Shown in pieces: positions 39,021 through 52,300 of a DNA stretch of 64,000 bases (its first letter is position 1; each line of letters begins with the position of its first letter). The stretch is from NCBI GenBank assembly GCA_016748015.1, contig JAAOMT010000653.1, positions 13,639 through 77,638 of the forward strand, written 5' to 3'. The notes under the pieces were generated by a model. It ran no database searches. It was not told the DNA's origin and saw only the letters and a program-made list of their open reading frames with translations. This DNA is from Geosiphon pyriformis uo1. Lineage: Eukaryota; Fungi; Glomeromycota. The position numbers were made by a program, and so were the translations under genes.

Positions 39021-42000
39021 AAAAAAAAACTTCTTTCTTTCTCTCTTCCTAAATATCTCCAAAGAGCACATTTTCGAAAAAAAGTTTTTTTATTTTTTAT
39101 TTTTTTTTGTTATCTTTTGTAAATATTTCTTAATCAAATAATTCTTTTGTGGTAAATCTGGCTACTGTTTTAGGTAGTGCTATGTCTAAAAAAAAAGCAC
39201 TCAAAAGAGTTCTTTATAGTCTTGTTAGGGGTTTTTTTTCTCAAAAGAAGAAGGTTTCTGTTGATAATATCAAGCATTCTGGAAATAAGAAAGATATCTC
39301 TTTGGTCAAACCTAATACTAGTAGTGGTGTATATTCAAATATGAACAGTATATCCAGTAATAATGGAGATAATAATATTTTTTTAGGTGTTGGCAATAAT
39401 TTTCTTCTTGGTTTGACAGCAAACACCCCTAAAGCTAAAAAAGTTAATATTGATTTGGTTTATGGCTTCCCTCTTGGCTCAATCAATTATGGCATAGATG
39501 AAAATGATGAGTCCCTCCCTTTTTTTCTTAAAATTTCTCTTGATAGAAAGTAGGTTGACCCAAAAATTATCAAATCTCAAGTTGAAATATTTGTCAATAA
39601 GTCTTTTGCTCTTGATATTAATCTTAGTGCTGTAGAAAGAAAATCAGCAATGGCAAAGACTTATTTTATCAGAAATTTTTTTTTTTCAGTCAATAGTTTT
39701 GGAAAGACCACTATCCTTTCAAAGTTTGAAGGGATTATCTGATCTATCTTTACTTCAGAGAAAAGCATGGAAAAGGCCACATCATTGGCCAGTAAAAAGA
39801 AGATTGTCATAAACACCAATCTTAAGAAACAAGGTATATGTTTAGATTAGACTGTAATCATCAAAAAAATTCCCATGAATATACCAAAAAAAATGATTGT
39901 TGCTGCAGTATCTAAATTTAGTAAAATTAGGTCGATCAAGATTCAGTTAATTAGCATATAGCAGAAGGCTGTAGTTGAGTTTGCTGAATTAGATTAGGCT
40001 GTGCAATTAGCTTCAAGATAGTCCTTTTTAATTGGGAAAGACTCTATATGTGTGGCTATGGCCATGGGTAATTGAAAAACTTGGCTGTTTAAGAATTGTT
40101 TTAGAGCATTTTTGTTTACATTGTCTGTAAAAACAATGGCTCATGATTTGAACACTTTGTTGGAAAAGACTGGTGAGAAAACTTGCATCATAAATCAGTC
40201 TTTGAAGTCTAACAATAAGATCTGCTGTATTATAGTTTGTTTTAAATCTAATAAAATATTGAAATCTGCATTTTGTATGAAGCCAGTCCTTAATAGAGTG
40301 AAACTTTTTTGGGCTAAGATAGATTTGGTTCAATGTAAAAAATATGGAACAGTTTGGTTATTCAGCTTTTAAATATGAAGTTTTAGATGTGTCTATGCTG
40401 CTATCTTTAACAAAGTTTTTTAAAAAGATTGCTTCAGAGAGAAAGCACTTTTAGTTTACTAAGTTATATAAAAAAAAAAATGTTCCAATCTTTTGTTCTG
40501 CTGCCTTTGGTGGCAAATTTTGGGCCCAAGTGGTCTCAAATATAGGTCCTTCTGGTGGTGTTTGCTTCAATTCTGGTTCCTTTTTTTTGGTGTCTTAAGT
40601 TTGGGTAGTGTTTTATATTCTGTTTCATCAGATATTATATTTTTGAATGCTTGTTTGGCTTCCCTGAAACACTCATTAAAACTTTTAGCAAATCAGGTTT
40701 CTGGTGTGGTATGCAAACCCAGTGACATCAAGTTGATGTCTCTGGCTTCTCCTTCTTCTTTTTATGTTTTAATTGCCTTTATGGCTGCTGATTTAAATAC
40801 AAATGCAGATATGGTTCTGAATGACTTTGGTTTGGTATCTTCTTTTTTTTTTCTTGGTTTCTCTGGTGCTTCAGATTTGGGTCTGAGTAGTTCAAAGATT
40901 TTGACTACCAAAATAGGCTTTTTGGAGTCTAAGTTGGTAATTCTTAAAGCTTTTGTTGGTTTCATCTTGGTAAAGTTAGATCAATTGTGTGCTGACTCAA
41001 GTTCTCAAGTGCTTTTTTTTTCCCAATGAGTAATTTAGTTTGAAGAATTACTATGTGCAATATTCATGGCATTAATGTGTCAACCAAATAAGAGAATGTT
41101 GTGTAGTGGCACATGAATTCAGATAACATGGTTTCAATTATTACTAAAACCAAATTAAGATCTAGTATTTGGCTCTGGATTGTGAACAAATTTAGTGGAG
41201 TGTGTATTTTTACTTCTGGTCTTAATAAGAGTTTTTTTGGAGCCAGAATGGCAGTTATATTGGACAATTTTCTTACTTGTCATGTGTCTAAGGTGGAGGA
41301 AATTCCAGGTCAAATTATTTCAATTAAGCTTTTATTTAAAGGGAAGTTATCTGTTACAATTTTAGGTTTGTATGTTGGTGCATCTGCTAAGACAAAATAT
41401 GGTCAAGTGTCTGAAATCAATTCTTTTATTATCAAAACTGTTAATTTCAGTACTTTTGCAATAGTAGGTGAAAATTTTAATAAAGATAGTACTAAGAGGA
41501 GTGTAAGTTTCAGATTTTGTATAGATCTGGAGTTGATTAACTCTTTTCATAAACTTTTATTGGTCAAGACTTCTACTTGGAGCAATTCTAGGAATGTAAA
41601 AAAAGTTATTGATTTTATTTTTGTTATTTACAATCTGGCATCTGTTGTTGCTGGCCATAAAATTGAGCTGGTTTCTGAATTTTTTAATACTAATTACAAA
41701 ATAGTGTTGATCACAATCAGTTTGAGTGGTTTTTTAGATGTTTGTCTTAACAATATGCACAAATAAGCAAACAAAAATAGATGAAAATTCCAAATTAAGG
41801 ATGCTAGTAACAAAAGTTGGTCCTGATTTAAAGAGTGTTTTTTGAACATATTCTTAAGAAGGATGGTGGCTTTCAATAATGTTAAGTATTATAAGAATTT
41901 GAATTCAATGTGAAAGATTCTAAAGGAGGTGGTAGTGGTTTCTGCTAATAAAGTGTTTTCCAAGTTGTGGTTTTCTGAGTCTAATGTTTTGGTAAATAAG

Positions 42001-43568
42001 CAGTCATTAAAGTTTGTTAGACTTGAATTGCTAGTAACAAAGCTAGTGAAGAGTATAAGCTTTAATTATGTTTTGAAAACCTCTCATCTCATTAACACAT
42101 AAGTTGTTATTGATAAGGGGGAAGCTGTTAAAGTTCATGATATGATTAAAGGTAATGTTTGTTCTGGTGTTATCTTACATTATTTGTCATGTATCAAGAA
42201 AAGTTACTATAAATCCAAATACTATGAATTCAAAGCTGTCAGAGATGATTTCATTAGGAAATCTATTGACAAATGTATGAATAATTTTTGTTCTAATAAG
42301 AGAAAGATAATTAAAAGTATCCTGAATCAGTCTTTTTGAAAAGTGGTGCTTGATTATTTAGTGGTAGATGATAAGCTGGTTTTAGAGTCTCAGTTGGTCA
42401 AATTCTAAGTCAATACTATCATGAAAGAATGGACAAGAAAGCATTTGGTGTCTAGTTCTACTTTTGTTTGTTGGCTTAATCAGTATGCTTCTTTTAATTA
42501 TGTTGATGATATAGTCTTTTCAGGTATTATGTATAATATTGGTTTCAATAAGTTTTTACAGGTCATCAAGTTTTTGCCTGATGGGAAGGCTGCTGGTCTT
42601 TTTGGTATTCCTAATGAACTTTGGAAACATAGCAACCAGCAGATTTTAAGTGGCTTGTTGAATATTTTGAATGTGTATTTAAAGTCTAATATAGTTCTTA
42701 AGCAATAGAAAAGGGCCTGGATTTCAATAATATCAAAGCCTTATAATTGGAAAAAAACTCTCACTAATATGAGACCAATAACATTGGTTAAGACAGCCAG
42801 GAAGATTTTATCTAATAGGATTTTCTTGGCTTGTAGCAATTATAATATGCTGTGTGGAGATAACTTTTCGATTTTAAAGAGCACTTCTACTCAAACTTCA
42901 ATTTTTGATGTTGGTTTTGTTGTTGAGGATGCACTAGAAAAGGATCATAAGCTGTGGCTAGTTCTTCAGGATATGCATAAAGCATATAACTCAATTGGTT
43001 GGTCTTACTTAAGGAACAGTTTGGTTAGAATCAAAATGTGTTCTTGTTTTATCAAGTTTTTTGAGAGCATATATAATAACTGTGTTAATCAAGTGATAAC
43101 AAATTTTGGGCTTACAGATAGATATACTGTTCATGATGGTTTGGATCAAGATGAGATATTTTTACTTTTGTTATGAAAACTTTTTTACAATTTTTTGCTG
43201 CATGAGGTTAAAAGACATAAAAGTTTGTATGAATACTGGTTGGACTCAAAGTTTTTTACACAAACTGGCAAGCAGAATTACAAGAATAGTTTGACATCAT
43301 ATTTAACTGCAGAGGCATTTGTGAATAACACTATTTAGATTGAGAATAGCATGGCTGCTACTCAGCATATCTTAAATATAGCTAGCAAATTTTTTTATAT
43401 TAATAATATTTCAATTTACACTGAAAAAACAGTGGCCATACCTATTAATTACAGAATTGAGATTCTTTGTTTAACAATTAGTGGTGCAAACATTTTGATT
43501 GCTAAGAGAAGTGAGACTCATAGATACTTGGGAATTTTTTTATCTACTGATGGTTTTTCAAAGCCCAG
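39021..43568 (+). mobile_element. LINE copy 3, 5' intact, truncated in RT by an LTR
   Basis: 5' hairpin; ORF1 39149-41029; ATGA overlap at 41026-41029; APE 41113-41766; RT LQDMHKAYNSI…AFVNNTI…HRYLGIFLSTDGFSKPS, then LTR sequence. Confidence 0.9.
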
Positions 43569-44699
43569 TGTTATTAGTGGTTTTTGTCAGTATTAGAGAA
43601 CATTTCTTAGCTCAACTAGTAATACACATTATCATGATTATGCTACTGACTATAGCATATTATGGGTGTATAAACTATTTCAGTAGATGGGAGAGCAAAA
43701 AGAGGTATGAAATAAAGTCATTAAAAGTAAAAGAAAGTATTGTCATTATTATTTATTTTTGGACAAGAACCAGTCTTAAGTATTTTAAAAGGAAAAGAGA
43801 AGTCACATCTCTTTATATGTATCAAAAGTGCAACCAGCAACAAGGAGAAACCAAAACTATTTAATAAAATTGTAACCAGAATTTTTTCAATTAGTTATCG
43901 AAAGGGTGTAGTGTTCAAATACCCACTTTGAAAATGAAGTTATAGAAATTATAAAAAAAATTATAAAAGTTAAACATAACTGAAATAGATTTTGCTTAAA
44001 CTGTTTATTGTTGAGACCACTTTCTAACAACATGATATTTTATTACTTATTTTTATATTTAATAACTGATTTGGTAAAACAAAACTTAATGTGAAATGGT
44101 GATAACACATGATTTAAAAGATCGGAAGTAATAGAACAACTTAAAATGGTGATAACAAGTAAGTAAAAGATTATAAACAATGTAATTCCAAATGATGATA
44201 AGAAATATGAGAAAACATACTTAAGATTGTGATGACAAGTATTTAGAGCATAGAAAAAGGAAAAGAGAGTGTAAGGGTAGAAGAGAAAACTAACTGCTCA
44301 CTATAAAACTATAGTAAAAAATTGGCTCAGTATTAAATTGATGCTTTCCTAAGCTGACAGAGAGGCTGTATATATAGCTAAATTACATCAAATCTACATA
44401 CTATATTAAGACTATTTAAGATACATCAATTATTTATACATTTTAATTTAATCAATTTATAATAAGCTTTATTTGGCATGTTATTTTCTCAGAACTAGTG
44501 ATTTTTAGATGATCAGATTTAGATGGCTGGATTTAGAACATTAATTGTAAATTAATAATATCAATTGTAATTATGATCAATGTAATCAGAAGTAGATTAA
44601 TTGATTACATTTCTTGATAACTACTTTTAACCATTAATTGTAGATCTAGAATGTTAAATTGTTCTAATAAGGACATATAAGAATTTTTGGAGCATAACA
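43569..44699. repeat. Orphan LTR (~1.13 kb) without matching TSD
   Basis: Termini TGTTAT…ATAACA; TATATATA at ~44369; non-coding. Flanked by LINE RT on the left and Gypsy gag on the right. Confidence 0.65.
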
Positions 44700-47600
44700 A
44701 AGCCTGTTGTTATCTGGTCTCTCTTGATTTTAAAAGATAATTTCACCATAAATATGGCTATTGAACTTGTCCAGAGAATTAAAGATAATCAAAAAATGCA
44801 TTTGGAATTTACATTTCTAATTTTTGCTTCTGCTTTTGTTATGATTTCTGCTTCTTAAATAACTGCTACTTTTTTTGCTGTCCAAACTTTAAATCTTAAT
44901 GAACAATTAATAGATAGACTTACAACCAATCTTGTTTAACTATTAGAGCTTTTAGCATAAGCAATCAGAAAGAATTAATAAACTCAAAAACTTAGATTTG
45001 AATATTATTTTAATTAGTCTCAACAGTTTTCTTATTAAAAACAGCAAAATTGTGGTCTACCTATGTGCTATTACTGTAAATTAACTGAATATTTTTCCAG
45101 AAATTACAACAATTCTTCATTGTCTCTTTCAGTTCCTAAAAACAATAATACTCAGAACAACAGATTTAATAATAATAACACCTCTAATTAAAAACTTAAT
45201 CATACTAACATTAATTTCTTTGAAAAAAATTATTTGGTTAAAGCTACTGTTTATTAGTCTTTAAACTAGTAAGTGTACCTCTAAAAAGTAAGAATGCAAG
45301 TCAACCAAAAGAAACTCTTTTTACACTTTTAACTTAACTAATAATAACCATAATATAGATAAACTGGCAATTAACTTCTTTGATTTAACAAGAAAAAAAA
45401 GCCAAAATTAATTTTGCTTTGGATTCCAATAAAGTTTTTATATTAACTGCTAATAACAATAAGTTACTAAAAATTAGAGTTTTTAAGAATTTTTTAAAGT
45501 TAAAATCTTCAGAAATAGTACAAAAATCTGGTCTTTATTCTATTATTAAAATCTTATAAAAACTTCAGCACATATAATTTTTGGCCAATTAATGACTCAT
45601 TTATAGTTTAAAAAAAATTTTTACAAATTTTTAATCCCAAAGAAAAAAACACCAAAAACTAACAAGCACTTTTACCAAGTTAAACTTGTTGATAATAGAA
45701 ATATTACTTCTTTAATTTGCAAAACCCAAGTAACTGGTTATTTTATTGACTTAATTCTAAACAGTAGATTATCTGTAAGCATTATTGTCAACCATTTTCT
45801 AAAAACTATTGATAAAAAAATTGATAAACTCTTAATTAAACCAATAATCAATATGCATAATAATAAAAAGAAAAAACTTGGTATAGCCAAAGCTGTTTCT
45901 GTTTGCATTAATAGTATTAGTATTAAAATTAACATAGAGGTTTCTAAAGCTAAAGAATAAATTATCATTGTTGACAATAAATGGCTTAAGAAAGCAAAAA
46001 TTTTACTTGATTATAAACTCTATAAGCTAACTATTAGATGTGGTAAGAAATTTATTATGATTAAGTATTATTATTAAACAACTTTTTTAGTATCTAAGCA
46101 AAGTTTAGAAAAACAATCAAACAAATCAGATAATAAAAAAAGTGAAAAAAAAGGAAATAAAAAAGAACAAAAAAAAACTACTGAACTTATCTACACTATC
46201 TTTATCAGCAATAGCAAGCTACTGAATAATATTAAAGCTAACAAAAAAAGAATCATTGTAAATAGCAAGCTAATTTGTTGGTTTTATTATAATATGCTCA
46301 GAAGAATCTTTAACAAAAAGTCTAACAAGAAAGCCAAATACAATTATTGATAATATAGTCTTTAGAGTCAGTGCTAGTGCAATAAACCATTGTATTTTTC
46401 TAGTAATAAATACATATCTTGTTTAATCTATTACAAAAATTGGGAATTTATTAGCCTAATATCCAAAGAAAAATAAAAGAAATACAAAAGTTTTTTAAGA
46501 ACAAATTATCTGAAATTTAATTATCAGCAATAAAACACAAAGAACTTTTTTTTGAAAAAAAAAAATAGACATTGAAAATTTACTGGCTAAAAACAGCTTA
46601 GTTATATAAAAAAAAATAATACTCTTAGATATACTTATGTAATACAACGTACTATTATTATTAGAGAAACTTATTTTATCTATCTAAAGTTTTATTAGTC
46701 CAATTGATACAATAATAAGTTTATTAAGAAAGAAATAAACCAAATAAAAAACCTTGAATTACAAAAAACAAAGAGTAAATAAGTCTTTTTAATTGTAATA
46801 ATATTCAAAAAAGGTAAAACTCTACACTTTTGTATTAATTACTGCCAATTAAATATTATCACTAAAAGAAACATATATCTACTTTTTAAGATTAATACAA
46901 TATTAAACAAATTCAATAGTACTGCTTTCTTTTTAACTATTAACTTAACTGCCAAATTTTGGCAAGTAGAAATGGATCCAAAAAACAGAAAAAAAACTGT
47001 TTTTATTATCAAGTATGGCACTTATGAATTTATAGTTATGTCTTTTGGTTTCACTAATACTCTTCTCATTTTTTAATACTTAATAGACAAAGTATTCAAA
47101 TCAGTCAAAGAAAACTTTGTTTTGGTTTACTTAAATAATATAATAGTATATTTAAGAACCTGAAATAAACATCTTAAACACTTGCAAAAGATTTTTAATC
47201 TCCTTAAAAATACTAGTCTTAAGATTAATCTAATCAAATTTTTCTTTAAATAATAATTTACACAGTTTTTTGGTCATTTTATTACAAAAAATAGAATTTT
47301 TTCTGATTCAGCCAAGATTAAAAAAGTTCAGAATATTAAGCAATTAATAAATGTTTATAAACTACACTTTTTTCTTGGTTTGGTTTTTTATTATTAAAAA
47401 TTTGTCAAAAAATTTTTTAAAATTGCTTCTTTTCTTAATTAGCTACTTAAAAAAAATGTTAATTACTGCTAAGATATATATCAACAAAAAGCATTTGAAA
47501 CTTTAAAGAAAAAATTGGTTACAGAATTTATTTTTATGCAATCTGATCTGAATTGACTTTTTATCTTTTATACTAATGTATTTAACTATAAACTTAGTGC

Positions 47601-49370
47601 TATTTTTTCACAAAAAGATAAAAAAGGCAAGAAATATATTATAATATATGCCAATAGAATACTTTTACCAGCAGAACAAAACTATTCAGTTGCTAAATAG
47701 AAATGTTTAACAGTAGTTTGAACTACTAATTATTAAGATAAATATTTTTTTGGTGTAAAGTTTTTGATAGTAACAGATCATCAAGCTTTGCAACAAAAAA
47801 AAGCTGAAACATAAATAAATAATTTATTAAATACTTTACTTGGATAAATTCGACTATAACATTTAATATTACAAAAGAGCAAATCATTAAAATACTAATG
47901 TTTTTTCCAAACTTATCATCCAGTAATAATACAATCTTCACAAACCAAACCAACTTAATTATTAGTAATTTTTTCTTAAACAAACACAATAATAGACTTG
48001 GACAACTACTCTGTACTAATAGAATTTTTAAGTAAAGAACAATATCTACCAAAATACAATTGACAATAAAGAGAACATTTACATAAACAATCAAATTTTT
48101 ATTTGATTTACCAAAACCAGTTATATAAAAGAAACAAAAAAAATTCTGATTGCTCTTAGAAAGTTATCAGATTTAAAGAAAAAAAAATTGTAATTTACAA
48201 CATATATACTAACTTATTAGCTAAACACTTTGAAAAAACAAAAACAATTCAGAAAACTTTAACTTATTATTATTAGTTTATCTTAAAAAAAAACATTGTT
48301 AAACACATTAAAATCTGTAATATTTGCCAAAAAAGAGAAAAATCCAATCACAAGAAAGATATTTATTCAATTTCTGTTGGTCAACTATTTAACAGAATTA
48401 GTATAAATATTGTTAAACTTTTAACAGTAACTCTTAATAACAACAGATATATTATTACAACTATTAACTATTTTACAAAGTGAATAGAAACAAAAACTAC
48501 TTCAGATTAAACAGTAGTTTTTATTGCCAATTTTATTTATGAAAATATAATTTGTTATTATGGCTGCTTTAAAGAATTTTTATCTAATAAAAAAAGAATT
48601 TTTCTTAGTATACTGGTTAAAAAACTTTGTAAAAAAATAAGAATATATAATAAACTCTCTTCTTTTATTACTCTCAAACAAATAGCCTAGTAAAATATTT
48701 TAATAAAACACTATATAAAACCTTAGCCAAAACCAGTAAAAAAATAAACTTATAGAACAAAATACTGCCTTTAGCTTTGTTTACTTATAATGAATTATGA
48801 CATAACAAGTTATAAATTTTTTTATCTACTTTTTAAACAAATGGCAATTCTACTAATAGAAACTAATATTGAAACAATATTTTTTGAGAAAATAACAATA
48901 AGAAATTACAAAGACATTTTGCAAAAAAACTTGATACTATTCTTGACTTTTTGGTAAAGACACAAATAATTGCTTTTATAAAGATAAAACAGTTTCAAAA
49001 AAAGCTTAAAAAAAAAAGACCTATAAAACATTTTTTTTAAATGTTGATAACTTAGTTTTGAAATATTACTCAGACAAAAACAATGTCTATAGTAATAAGT
49101 TTTCTAGTTAATAGAAAAATTTTTTTATAGTTAACAAAGTTTTAAACAATAGTTCATATATTCTACAAGATTAATATAAAATAATCTTCAATAATCACTC
49201 TGTTTATGGCATACAATTCAAGAAATATTACAAATAATTTAATTAGTTATCTGTTATAATAATACTGGCCTAAATAATTAACAAAAATCCAATATAAATA
49301 AATACATTATTCTTAAAACAAAGATATTTTCAATTAACATAAACAATTATTTATTGGATTAAAACATTCA
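44700..49370 (+). mobile_element. Decayed Ty3/Gypsy gag-pol (5'-truncated): gag/CCHC, protease, RT, RNase H, integrase
   Basis: Plus-strand motifs: MCYYCKLTEYFSRNY (knuckle); LILNSRLSVSII (DSG protease); FCINYCQLN…FWQVEM…KTVF…YEFIVMSFGFTN…VYLNNII (YLDD); FILYTNVFNYKLSAI (RNase H); ICNICQK and YIITTINYFTK (integrase). Confidence 0.85.
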
Positions 49371-49388
49371 AAATGTTTTTAATATTTA

Positions 49389-52300
49389 AATAAATAAATA
49401 AAAAACTTCTTTCTCTCGTTCATCCCAAATTCCCAAAAAGAGCCAAAATAATTTTTTGAAAGAAGTTTTTTTCTGTTTTTCATTATTTAGTATGCTAATT
49501 TCAAACTATTTGTGCTTGATTACAAGGCCACTGTTGGCCCTAGTATTGCAGTTATAAACAAGTCTATTATGGAGCTTAGCTTTAACATTGGTGTCAAGTC
49601 TGCTGAGTCCAGAAAGAAGAAAAGAGGTGGTGCTTTAGAGAATAATATTGGTAATAGAAAATTTGCTGCTGTTAAGATATCAAATGGTTATTCTTAAGAT
49701 TCTAAAACCAGTAATATTACTGAATCTAATAGTGTGGATATAAAGGAGGAATGTTTAGTTAAGGAAACTAGTTTTGATCATGAAGATGGTGAAGTCTTTG
49801 CTGGAAAAAACTCAGAGCAAACATTTAAAAGTTTGAAGATTTTCACCAAGAAGATGCTTGGAAAACCACTGGGAAAAATTGACTTCTTAGATGATAATAC
49901 TGATGATGTACTTTTGAACAAACCTGTGATTTTTCCTCCCTCTTTAAAGAACTTGGTCAATGTTTCTGTCAGGAAGTTTTTTGCTTTGGACATTAACTTG
50001 GATAATATTGTTGAGAAATCTGCTCAGAAAAAGCTTGTGGTTGTCAGAAAATTGTTTTCAAAAATCAATGGTTTTGGGAGAGCCTTTACCCTCTCAAAAT
50101 TTGCTGGGATTGTCAAAGCAATGTTCACTTCTGAATTAAGTTTGGTGCAGACTTCTAAAAAGGCTGAAGAGGTGAAGATTTTGGTAAACTCCGATCTCAA
50201 AAAACCATCTGGACATTCAGATCTGGCTGTGGTATTAAAGGAAATTCCAATTAGTATTTCAACTAAGGCTGTGTGTGCTGCGCTATCCAAGTTTGGCATT
50301 ATTAAGTTGATCAAGATGTAATTGGTAGGGCTGTGGCAAAAAGCTGTAGTTGAATTTGAACAGATTAAGCATGCTGATTTGGTTGCAGCATGCTGGTCTA
50401 TTCTGATTAGAAAGGATGCTGTATGCATTGCTAGATCTAATGTAGACAAAGAATCATGAGATGCATGCAATGTTTACAAAACTCTTTTGTACATTCTGCC
50501 AATGGGAACCAATGCACATGATATTTGGGATTATGTTGCTTCAGTGGGTGGGAAAACTTGTGTAATTGACTGTCATCCAGTTTTTTATGTCTGGACCAGG
50601 TGCACTACTGTTTGTTTTAACTCTGCTGAGTTATTAGATGCTATCATAGAAACCATGCCAGTGCTAAAAGAGGCCAATCTGCACTAGTCTCATCTTGTTT
50701 TAGCCAAGTGTGTTGGGTGTGGGAAATTGGGCCATACATTATTGGCTTGCCCTGTTGGTAGGAAAAAGAGTGTTCCTTCTAGTGCTTTATTGCAAAAAAC
50801 CTTTTTGAACTCAGATAAAAGCAGACTGGCTGCCATTTATGCCAAACATTTAGCTCCAGTTACTCGTTCTGTTTCTTTTGGTGGTGTTTCATGGACACAA
50901 ATTGCTGGTGGGTCTTTTTTTCCTTCTCCTCCTGTTCAGAATGTTTTGTTAAGAGCTGGCTTCTTTTCGGAGATAAAGCCTACCATGCTGGTATCTTCAG
51001 AATTGAATGATAGGTTTGCCACTCTTGAGTGCAGTTTTACCAGCCTCGCAAAGTGTGTTAACATGCTGGCTATGAGGTTGGACACACCTAAGCCAACAGT
51101 TTCTCAGCTTAGTTCTGAATGTTAGCCATTGATAACCCCTTTATCACAGAATCAAGGAGTGGATATAGTGATAAGTAAGGGTTCAGGTGTGGCCACTGGT
51201 AATGAAACTGTTGTGGGAATGATGGTTTTTGATCCTATAATTATTTTGAAATTGAAGGAAACATTGAACAATCTTTTGATTACAGTTATGAGTCTTTCGG
51301 CTAAAATGAACAATGCTGGTTCAGTTTCTACCTCTCTTTTTTCTCAATGAGTAATATGATCTGGAAAATCATGACTTGTAATGTTAGAGAAATGAACAAT
51401 CCTGTGAAACAAGATGATATTATTTGTTGCATAAGGAAAAAAACAATTTAGTTTCTATTTTTATGGAGTCAAAATTGAAAGGAAAAGTTTGCTCCTGGAT
51501 TGTCAATAAATTTGATGATGTACAGGTGTTTACCTCTGGTTTAGAATCTGGTTATCTGGGTGCTGGTGTTGTGGTTGTCATGAACTCTTCTTTGGCAAAA
51601 CATGTATGTAAAGTTTCAGAAGTGTCTGATTGGCACCTGTCTATCAAGTTGCTTTTCAAAAATAATCTTTCTGTATCAATTTTGGGGCTTTATGCTGGTG
51701 CCTCTTTGGTGGCCCAGTTTTCTCAGGCAGGCAATATCAATTCTCTTATAGCAAAAGCTGTCAATGAATCTTCTTTCGTCATTCTTGGAAGTGATTTTAA
51801 TGAAGATGGTTCTCATAAGTGTGCAAGTTTCAAGAAATGCCTGGATTTTGGTTTGGTCAATGCCTTGGGTGGGAGCTCTTGTAAGAAATCACCAACTTGG
51901 TCCAATTCTCGAAATGTTGTTAAGACAATTGATTATGTGCTCATTTCTTTGAACTTGATCAATGTGGTAGTGGGTCGTAGCATGTTTGGTGTTGAAAAAT
52001 ACTTTAATACTGATCATCAGACTGTCTTAGTGTTGGTGGGTTTGGGTGGTTTGCTTGATGTCTGCTTAAATTTTGTTTACAAACAGACAAATAAGGATTG
52101 TTGGAAGTACAATTACAAAAGTGCAGATGGTATTAAATAGGCCAAATTTAAGGATGATATGGCAGCAAATGCTGCTATGCTACATGATGACTTTCTTGCA
52201 GCTGGTATGCACTCAAACCTGGATGCAATGTGGGTTGCTCTCCATAAAGTGTTATGTCTGTCTGCTGAAGCAGTTTTTAAGAAGAAATGGTTCAAGAACT

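Noticed and set aside
39149-39190. Non-AUG (GTG) initiation of LINE ORF1 in several copies
   Set aside because: An in-frame ATG (MSKKK/MFKKK) lies ~10 codons downstream in three copies, and the ATA codons in the others are plausible G->A products of ATG.
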